Assembly: GCA_043228905.1 (NCBI GenBank)
Contig: JBHGNT010000008.1
Span: 1,984,001 to 2,048,000 of the forward strand
Length of the DNA: 64,000 nucleotides
Source of the DNA: Azolla caroliniana
Taxonomy: Eukaryota; Plantae; Polypodiophyta
Direction: 5' to 3'
In this document: positions 41,131-51,038 of the stretch, piece after piece
Position numbering within the stretch: the first letter of the stretch is position 1
Layout of the letters: every line of letters begins with the position of its first letter
Made by a program: the position numbers and the translations under genes
Notes under the pieces: generated by a model
Database searches by the model: none
What the model was told of the DNA's origin: nothing
What the model saw: only the letters and a program-made list of their open reading frames with translations

Positions 41131-43104
41131 CCTTCTAACAGCTTGGCTGTGTTTAATTTGTTCTAACAATTGCTCCGTTGCTGCTATTAACAGCTTTTCT
41201 CACATCTCTCTCTCTCTCTCTATGTGTATATATATATATAGATATATAGATAGATATATATACATACATACATACATACATACATACACACACATATGTG
41301 TGTATGTATGTATGCATGTATAATAAGTTTCAAGGAAATTACTAGCTTCTCACCGCAGCAAAAGCATCCACGATCTCTTCAATATCAGCATGAAATGTTG
41401 TTAAATCCGTAATGTCATGATATTCTTTGTCTGTTTTGAATGCTGTCATTCTCTGCGGTAGTCCTAAATCGTTTTCCATGTCTCTGTAAAGCAAAAGATG
41501 CATCTCAAATTTCAAAGTTTCCATGATCTTTTTCGTTCTTAGGTTGGTCCTTTTTATAATATGCCTACTTAACTATCGATATTTTGTTGAATTTTTGGGA
41601 ATTTGATTAGCTGGAATGACATGTTAGAAATTATGTAGAACTAAAATAGCATGTTCAAAATTTGCTCTAGAATCAAAGATAACTGAAAAAAGGGGATGTA
41701 ATGGTTGGAGCACATTTTGAATTACATTCACAGCCTATGTATCTTTGTTTTCAAATATGACAAGGGATTTATAGTTCTTTGTTAAAGGCAAGAAGTGACA
41801 AAACAATTTGCTTTCTATGTGAGAAAACACAATTTAATCATAGTTTTCTTTCTAAGCAATAAAATACTATTTAATCATAACTTGCTTTCGATGTGACAAA
41901 ACCATATTTAATCATAATTTGCAATCTATGTGAGAAAACCATAATTCCTGATAAAACCATCAACACAAGTGACATGGAAAGTGCTTTTGTATAGGAGTAG
42001 CTTGAATTCACATATTTAGGGAAAGTATATCTAGCGATGTTTTCAAAGAGGTGATCAAGAGAAACTTCAAAACTAGTGGGAAATCAAGGATTAAAATTGA
42101 AGAGAAAAACATGAACTAATTACTACATTATTATGCAATAAGATGGATTCAAAAGTTGATGTTTCCTCCTTTCTGCATGAAACAATATCTAACCTCCTTT
42201 ATCCCATCAAGTTTACAGTAAGAAGAAAATGTATCAGGAAAGTTTCACAGGGATGCATAGGAAATCAGCAAAAAAACCGAAAAGAATTAAAACCAAGAAC
42301 TAACTATTATAGTAGTATGAGAAGCTGATTCAAAAGCTCATATTTTCTTCTTCTTTCTGCATAAAACAGTGTTTAGTCTCATTTTGATGTCCATCACTTT
42401 ACAAAGAGAACACCATAGCATCTGATGAAATCATTCATAGGAGCTTTCAATTTACTAAAAGAAGAAGAATGGATCACACAAATGAAAATAAGTCATAATC
42501 GGAACAAAAAACAAATTGCCACATGAAATAAAAAAGAAAACAAAACTAGGAAAAACAAGAAAACAACTGGAATAATCCCTACTATCGCTAATATTAATAC
42601 CTTGATCTGAGAAGAACCTTTCTGTCTGTCTGCGTCTGTGTGAGCAAGCAATGGAGAGATTTTTCACAATTTGATTTAATACAGAAATTGGTTGATTACA
42701 TATGTATATATTCTCGAAATTGCCCCTTCACTTTCAGCAATTCCCTGAATTTCCCTTCCCATGCACACAATACATTAGATACACATATATGCATACGTAT
42801 GTGACCAAAGCCCACCTGTTTTTCTGCTACGAATGTTCCCGAATGCATCATCATACTTTCGGATGAAATATTTCAAAGAAAATCTCCATTTTCATGAGAA
42901 AGGGAAAAAAAGAACAAGACAGGTATATGAAATCGGTTCAAACATCCAACTTTTCTTCTCTCTTCTCCAGAAAACAATAATTAATTCCTACTTCTCCACC
43001 ATGTTTGATGAAGAAAACAACAACGTTTCTAATCCAATCACTTACAGAATCTGAATATACTAAGGAAAAGAAGAAAGTATTCCAACAACGTCGGGGGGGG
43101 GGGG

Positions 43105-43323
43105 GGGGGGGGCGTCAAAGAAGAACTTGTACCAAGATCGAAAAGCAGAAACAAACCAAAAAACAAGAAGTAAAAAGAGGAAGGAAGATTACTACTACCT
43201 CGTTTGGTGAGGTGAGCTGTCAAAGAAGAACTTGTAACAAGATCGAAAAGCAGAAACAAACAAAAAACAAGAAGTAAAAAGAGGAAGGAAGATTACTACT
43301 ACCTCGTTTGGTAAGGTGAGCTG
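43105..43323. repeat. ~100-bp tandem duplication
   Basis: GTCAAAGAAGAACTTGTA...TACTACCTCGTTTGGT.AGGTGAGCTG occurs twice. Confidence 0.85.
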
Positions 43324-43389
43324 GTTAGAAATCAAATTTTTTTTAGCTCAAGATGAGGTAGCAACATAAATAGAGGACATTATATGAAG

Positions 43390-43600
43390 CAAACCTTGGA
43401 AATACTAAAGCCATGTTCCATGCATCCACATTGACTTACTAATACGTTCTTTTCAACTTACCAAGAGGGCATGTTGAAGTGGTGGGTTCTTGTCTGTATC
43501 TAGGGGCCAAATTTACAAGCATAAATGGGAATTTCTCTATGAACACACCACCATGGATCGACTCACTTAAGGATATGCAACTTTGGCTATCCTTGAACTT
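43390..43600 (+). mobile_element. Degenerate LINE RT C-terminal fragment
   Basis: VEVVGSCLYLGAKFTS and ggatatgcaactttggctatccttgaa parallel the YTYLGVTFTG...GYAALGALE region of the LINE. Confidence 0.55.
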
Positions 43601-44303
43601 TGGCACACTTCCTCCCCTACCCTTATGTATGATGCAACCATACGGGATTTAAGACACCCCATGTACATATCGACATAGAGAGTCCACTAATTATTATATT
43701 GTCCTAGATAATATATATCAAAGTATACACTCCACATGAGACCATTTGAGTTCAATTAACAAAAACCTCCCCCCTTGATAATAGAAGCATTGTTCCATCA
43801 GTCCAAAACAATCATCGATACTATTAAACCCATTTAGTGAGTTGTAACATTTTAGTCCGAACTTTGTTAGTGGCCAGCTCTCACAAATGTGAAAAAGGTC
43901 AAGACAAAAGAATAGTACTACAAAGAAAAACAAATATACAAAAGCTACACATGTGGATATTGATACTTGGATCAATTTAGGAAACTAGCATACATATTAT
44001 TTTTCATTCAATAGAAAATGAAAAGCTATGCAAGAAAATTACTCCTTATCACGCCCATGATAATAAAAAATATAGAGGCTAACCATGAGACAATCTGTTA
44101 AGAATGTCATGCTCTTGTGAAAATCGAAAGACATAGCCTTTTCCTTCTCCTTGCAATGAAGAAATCCACCTCACTAAAATGGAAACATGATGAGAAATTA
44201 CGTCCATGATCTGGTGTTGGTATGACACATATGCCTTATATCCTTGTATGCACAACCTTTGTTGTCATCGAAATGATCAAAGACAAGCACAAAAACGACT
44301 TGA

Positions 44304-44935
44304 TCAAAGATAGGGTCTATATCGGATGGGCCTCCAGAACCTTGGCATCCTCCCATAACCATATGCATAGGATGGCATAAAGGGCATTCACAGCCGATAG
44401 CCATAAGGATTTAAAGCATGCCCTCGATATTGCTTCATACCAGGGATATTTGTCCTCTTAGTTGATACCTTTAGGGGATGGCCATGAAGTTCTGACTCAT
44501 TCAGCAGAACGATAATTTTGGACAGCTTCTAACCCTAGAAATTCTACATATGCATACCCTTTAGGTCGTCCGAATTTATCTGTCAAGATTGTCACACGAT
44601 TTACAGTACCACAAGACTGGACGCGTGCACAAGTAATCAACATTACCAACATAAACTGAGCGCGCATCAGCTTCTTCCTTGTTTTTGTTGCTGAGCCTGT
44701 GGCAGAGGCTGGGTCTTATACCACACCCATCACTTTCTCTACTTTCGCTTGCATGTCTCTCAAGGCAGCTGCCTCCTCTTCCATTTCTTTCATATCCTCT
44801 AGTTCCTTAGAAGCCACATCATCACCAATGCTATCTTCTTCCTTAACATCCCTTCCATATGGATTTCCTTCAAGGTTGGTCTCTAAATCTCCTTCAACAT
44901 CTTCAAGCATATCTCCACTATATCTCCTTCATGTC
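44304..44935 (-). pseudogene. PABN: Processed pseudogene of nuclear polyadenylate-binding protein (PABN/PABPN1 family)
   Basis: Intronless: [84 protein letters not shown]. Contains a stop, frameshifts and internal deletions. Confidence 0.9.
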
Positions 44936-44937
44936 TT

Positions 44938-45160
44938 CAATATACCTAACTTGAGAATCGCACATGTGCCAAAAACCAGAATCCCTCGTTTCTTCTCTTT
45001 GCATCTTATTTACTTTTATATTTACTGTGTTATATTTATTTTATTTTGATTTTGTTCTCAAAGACGAGAAAACACTGAAGATGTAATCTCTTATTTGGAC
45101 TTATAGGCCATTTTGGCCTCTTAAAAGACATTAACATATCTTTCTCTCTCTCTCTCTCTC
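44938..45160 (+). mobile_element. 5'-truncated copy of the LINE 3' end
   Basis: Closely matches ~39103-39320 (CCTAACTTGAGAATC...GGCCATTTTGGCCTCTTAAAAGAC...ATATCTTTCT(CT)n). Confidence 0.92.
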
Positions 45161-45259
45161 CATAGTTCCTACATTAACATATTTTGCAAACGATGAGGTG
45201 GAGAGTAGTAGTAACATATTGAGAGAGAGGTATATGAGACAACATGCATGGGTGCACAA

Positions 45260-45290
<31 letters not shown>

Positions 45291-45395
45291 CCTTAGAGTA
45301 GAGAGCTGGAGATGGTGGTGCAATCGGCGAGCAGCAAGCCTTCCTTGTAAAAGGCATCAACAATTTGGTCTGTTGCCTTAGTATCTATCTCACAT

Positions 45396-45717
45396 ATGTA
45401 TGTATATTTTATTCAAAGCAAATGATACTGTATGTATGTATATATATGCTATTCAAAGCAAATGATACTGTATGTATGTATGTATGTATATGCTATTCAA
45501 AGCAAATGATAACCATTGAAAGATTTGAACCCATGCGAATGTATGTATATGCTATTCAAAGCAAATGATAACCATTGAAAGATTTGAACCCATGCGAATG
45601 TATGTATATGCTATTCAAAGCAAATGATAACCATTGAAAGATTTGAACCCATGCGAATGTATGTATATGCTATTCAAAGCAAATGATAACCATTGAAAGA
45701 TTTGAACCCATGCGAAT
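45396..45717. repeat. 59-bp tandem repeat x4 plus partial units
   Basis: GTATGTATATGCTATTCAAAGCAAATGATAACCATTGAAAGATTTGAACCCATGCGAAT repeated from 45482. Confidence 0.95.
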
Positions 45718-46115
45718 CCAGGACTACAACGTTATAACCCGAATGCACTAAAAAAGATGATGGTTACTAACAACCCATAATACATACATATCCATTACCT
45801 TCTTTCCTTCTTGAAATTGTTATAAATACAAAAAGATGTTATGGCGAGATTTGAACTCAAGCTACGGCCAAGGCTAACACATAAATATTTGCTTGATCCA
45901 TACATATATCTATTATCTTAGTACTACATACATATATACATATATATAGTGTCTCTAAAGTAAACGTGGTCGCCACAACGAAAGAGTGAAAAGTTTAAAC
46001 CTTTTCAGCCCAGCCACTGTAAAAAAATATTGGAAAAAGGCATTGATCTCGAACGTGTTTGATTTAATTCCTCGAATACCCCTATGTTTTTTTTTTTGTT
46101 TTTTTTTAGTATATA

Positions 46116-46310
46116 TGGGCTAATGTTTTGACGGTCAAGTATGTGGGATGATTCGATGATCGATTATAATGTTCCAGTTCATCTCCGCTTGGCAATAGCC
46201 CATATAATTGATCATCGAATGAAGCCCATTGATCATGGATATGATCAACATGATGCAATCACGGATCATTGATATAGCCCATATAACTTGACCATCAAAA
46301 CATTAGCCCA
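46116..46310. mobile_element. MITE-like element with terminal inverted repeats
   Basis: TGGGCTAATGTTTTGACGGTCAAGT...ACTTGACCATCAAAACATTAGCCCA are inverted complements; no clear TSD. Confidence 0.7.
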
Positions 46311-46878
46311 AGTAAAAATCGGGGGGGTCAAAACACGCTAACACAATGCCATATCAGGAAAGACAACGGAGAATAAGAGAAATCGGTGCCTTCACGGGCG
46401 AAAAAAATCGGCTAGAATTTTTTGTCATAATAAGATAGACTAGAATTTTTTGTCATAATAAGATAGACGGTGCGCAAAAAGGGTCGTAGCGAGATTCGAA
46501 CTCATGGTCTATGTATGTATGTATCAGAATGATGATGATTATGATGATGATAAAGCTATGTATGGTAGGATCCATTGATTCTGAAGAAGCAGATAAGACA
46601 GTGTATGTCCACCACAGATCATCATCATCATCATCATCATCACCATCACCATCATCATCTGAAGAAGAGGAGGAAGAAGAAGAAGAAGAAGAGCAAAAGG
46701 AAGGAAAAAGAAGGAAGAAGGTTTTGTAGGTTACAGAGTTTTGGCCCACCTGCAAGGAAGTGATTCGTGAAAGGAAAGCAGAGACTTGAGAAGAAGAAAG
46801 AAAAAAAAGTAGTCCTAATCTCTTGAGTCTTGTGGGCGATATAGAAACAGGAGAGAAAGGAAGGGCTTTCTTGCACCA

Positions 46879-49153
46879 ATGGCTTCCTTTACTTCTTCTG
46901 CTACCATGGCTTCTGCAGGGTTCTCGTCCGCCATTTCTCCTCCTAACAGAGAGAGCCTCTCTTCTCTTAACTTCAGGAGGAATTCTTTCTCTCGCAACCT
47001 TTCGTTCTCGCCCCTCTCTGTTCGCTCTCCAGGTATGTTCTTTCTCATCATCTTTGAATGCTTGTTTTGTATATTATAGTTCTAACATTTTGCCCAAATA
47101 TCAATATACTTAGCAGATTCATTTTATCTGCATCATATTGCAACATTGCTCACATATCAACATTTTATGTCGTTCATCCTGTGTAAATCAATTTTTAACA
47201 TCGCCTATGTTCCAGCGTTTTAAGCTGATTCATTTACTGCAGATCAGCATGATCATAAACATTCTGACTACATAACACCATTTAAGCTTATACATTCTGT
47301 GTGCATCATAAATTGAACATTGTCCATGTGTCAACCTTTTAAGGTGATTGATTCCATTTGATGCGAAACACTATCATGTTATGTGAATCCATATAAATAA
47401 TGCAGGTAAACCAATACTCTTGTGAATGTGTTTGTGAAAACTGCACATGTGTTATGTGAACTTATCTGTTGATGTCATAATAAGCTTTTAAATTTTCCCT
47501 CTTATTTCTTCAAAACATCAGGATATCATGCAAAGCTGCATCCATCCATGCTGCAAATGCATGTAGTAGTTTGCTCTTATATATGTACTTTTCTTTGAGA
47601 CATATCATTAGATTATGTGAGTGATATCCATTATCGTGTCAACAAATTGAATTCGTAGTAAGCTCTTAGATATTCACTCTAGCTGACTTAATGCCAATAG
47701 TCATGAACACAATGTAGAAAGTCTATTGGCGGAATTGCAAGAAGGCGTCAGTCAGAATTAGTGCATTCACATATAATATAAGGGGATTCAACTTTCCCAT
47801 CCTTATCCTTTACTTTGATCTCTTTATGCTCGGATTTTCTTGTATGCAATCTATAAGCAATGGTATTCTACGAGTGAATTTCTATCTAACTAAGCATGGT
47901 GCCTATCCTCTTGTAAATAAAAAAAGCTTCCTATGAAATATAATTTAGTATCTTGATTTCGATGTCACAGTGAAGAATTTCTGTTTTTGGTGAGAAGAAT
48001 AAAGTTATATGCTGACTATGATTCATTTTTCTGATAAAGTGAACGGTGGAAGCTCTCGAATTGTTGCCATGGCTTCTGGAGATACCTCTGACCCATCAGA
48101 AACAGTGCAAGAATTGCTCAAGCCTATCCAAGAAACTGTGAGTATATACTATATAGCATATGAAAGTTTAATCTTATTCTTTAGATGACCTGGAGTTTGT
48201 TAGCAACTTATTGAGATTATTTCAGTGTTTTATTTTTATCATGGCTTCTTTTTTATCATTATCTTTTTCTTCAGTGGGATAAGACAGATGATAAACTTGC
48301 AATTGGAGCCCTTGGTTTTGCAGCATTGATTGCGCTTTGGTCATCTACAGGACTTATCAGTGTAAGTCTGCGAAATTATAGATCAATAAATTTTGTGTAT
48401 GTTTTTTGGGTTGACTTTAGTCAATGAGGTATCATCATAATTATGGACATGCTTATTCTGTAATCTATATATATTATATGGTTGTGGGCTAATGGCATTG
48501 CCTTTAAAGGGCAATGATATTGTTGAACAAATGCCCATGTCATTGTTGCAAAGCCATTGACAAACTTCTTATTTACATGATCTCTAAACAAAACTGTGAA
48601 TTTATCACCCAAAACCTTTGCTCAAGACTCGACCTCGCAACCTTTAGGTTGCAGATTATAGTACTGCACCATCTTATTTGGATGTTTGAAATTTGATTGC
48701 CTCAGCAATAAACTATGATGCATAAAGACTTTGTAATAAGTTATAGCTTGTCAATAAACTACTTATTTTCTTGTTGATAAAATGCAGGCAATTGATAAGC
48801 TGCCTTTACTCCCGAGCCTCTTTGAGTTGATCGGTATCATTTTCTCAGGAGTAAGTAACTCTTTTTAATTGCCTCATAATTCATTTTTTGGACTTCTTAA
48901 TTCCAATAACCTTATTAATGATATTTAACTCTAAAATCTTTTTAATGTATAGTGGTTCATTTATCGGTACTTGCTCTTCAAGCCAGATAGGTCAGCTTCA
49001 TTGTATTTATTTATGTTTTGATTGTGATATGCTTCAGCAGATAAAGCAAACTTATTTAGTAGTTGTGGTTTTTGCTGTAGGGAGGAGCTAGTGAAGAATA
49101 TTGAATGTACATTGGGAAAAGTTACAGGAAATGAAAGCAGTGCAGACAATTGA
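46879..49153 (+). CDS. CURT1: CURVATURE THYLAKOID 1 family protein (CAAD domain), CURT1C-like, chloroplast
   Basis: Exons 46879-47032, 48040-48137, 48275-48361, 48788-48850, 48953-48990, 49081-49153. Transit peptide, then WDKTDDKLAIGALGF...AIDKLPLLPSLFELIGIIFSGWFIYRYLLFKPDREEL. Confidence 0.93.
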
Positions 49154-49634
49154 ATGGCATACAACGTATGTCTTTGTTCTCTGCTCTGCATTTGAACATA
49201 CCTTGTAATTACTGAGACTGACGAAATTCAGTAATCAAAAAGCCCAAAGCATGAAATGAATTTCAAACTATCATGAAGTTGCAATTGCTAGAGTTTGTAA
49301 TATGGTCTACTTTAAGCCATTTCACAGAAGGTTACGGTAGATCGATTCTCTAGTTTGATTCAGTTACCTTTCTTTGGACTATATCTTAAAAGCTCTGGCT
49401 TATTGATCTTGACAACTGGGTTGAATTCGTGTGCTGATCATTGCTCTATCGAAAGATATGAAGTAATAGATTAGGGTTAAGCAAATAAACATTTATATAA
49501 CAATTACATCACTAAAGTGATAGATTGGGGTAAATAAATACTTATATAGTAATTACATCTCACTGTACTAAAATCCTTCCATACCTATCTCAGGAGGAGC
49601 TCATGTCTCCTCTGCCAAGAGAACTCAATCAGAA

Positions 49635-50290
49635 TAAGGGGGGGTGTCTTGTACAATCAATAATCAGACATATTTGTGTTAAAATACTAGACTCATGCTT
49701 GTATATTGTGAACATCGTGCCATTTAATTTGATTTCTGATTATCATGCCTTAAGGTGTTAAAATAAAGAGGGGGGGGGGGGGTGTACAATCAATAATCAG
49801 CATATTTATGTTAAAATACTATACTCATGCTTATATATTGTATACATGATGCCATTTAATTTGATTTCTGATTATCATTCCTTAAAAGTGGGGGGCTATT
49901 GTACAATCAATAATCAGCATATTTATGTTAAAATACTAGACTAATGCTTATATATTGTATACGTCATGCCATTTAATTTGATTTCTGATTATGATTTCTT
50001 AAAGGTGGGGGGGTATTGTACAATCAATAATCAGCATATTTATGTTAAAATACTAGACTCGTGCTTATATATTGTATACATCATGCCATTTAATTTGATT
50101 TCTGATTATCATTCCTTGGTGTTAAAATAAGGGGGGTTATTGTACAATAAATAATCAGCATATTTTATGTTAAAATACTAGACTCATGCTTGTATATTGT
50201 GAAAATGCATGCTTAGGTGTTTAGTATACATGCCTATATATTGTATACATGATATGCCATTTAATTTATTTCTGATTATCATTCCTTAAG
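49635..50290. repeat. Degenerate tandem repeat, ~117-133-bp unit x5
   Basis: G-run + TACAATCAATAATCAG...GCCATTTAATTTGATTTCTGATTATC at ~49652, 49785, 49902, 50019 and 50143. Confidence 0.9.
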
Positions 50291-51038
50291 TCTCCACACC
50301 ATTTCTTGAAAGACTCCAGTAGTTAGACAATGCATGCTTAGGTGTTTAGTTCTAAAGAGGATGAATTGGTGAGTATGCACAATCTCTTAAGGGCTCTCAC
50401 ATCTTAGGTGTCATGCCTGTGTGGAAGTTTCACTTGTGCAAGGTGCTTCTGATAAGTATGAGATTGTAGGACAGCAAAACTAAAATATGCAATGTGACAT
50501 AAGGCAGTATGTGATGACTCGCTCTAGATCATTCCAAACATTCTTACGAGCATGCTATGGTGAACCATCCACACTAAGCATGTCAATAATTTGCATGATT
50601 AGGTCTAAATAACTCACAATATTATGCCTAATCTTTGAACCAATATGCTATAACTTTCTCTAGATCTATCAAAACTTTCTTAACCATGATATAGTGAACA
50701 ACTTTTTGCAATAAGTTCCAGAATTTTCTTGTATACATGAACCTTGTATATAACAGATAAATCCCATTGAAATGAGGATGCTAAATAAAGCCTTTCTAGT
50801 GGAAAACAGAATTTCCACATTTATTGTACTCTTCAAAAATAATTCTTAAAATATAGCAATATGCACGAGCAATGCACAAGTTCATTAAGTGTTCTCAAAA
50901 CCCTTTCAAAGATGATCTATCAAAGTACCTTTTCTCAAAGGAATCATCTCTCTTTTTTATTGTTTTTATTGGAATCAAGTTTGGTAATAAAAAGCGAAGT
51001 CAATACGAAAGAGTCCAGAGATCTCATGGGAGCTCTTC

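Larger units (their letters stand above)
30134..41483 (-). pseudogene. Decayed multi-exon gene of unknown family with a PD-(D/E)xK-like motif and a C-terminal UIM-like motif
   Basis: GT-AG exons at 41483-41354, 32427-31537, 31205-30652 and 30449-30134. The first and last junctions are phase-compatible (DAFAA|IGGVEL; ASDIR|FSMVIY). The internal exons carry several stops and frameshifts. Confidence 0.65.
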
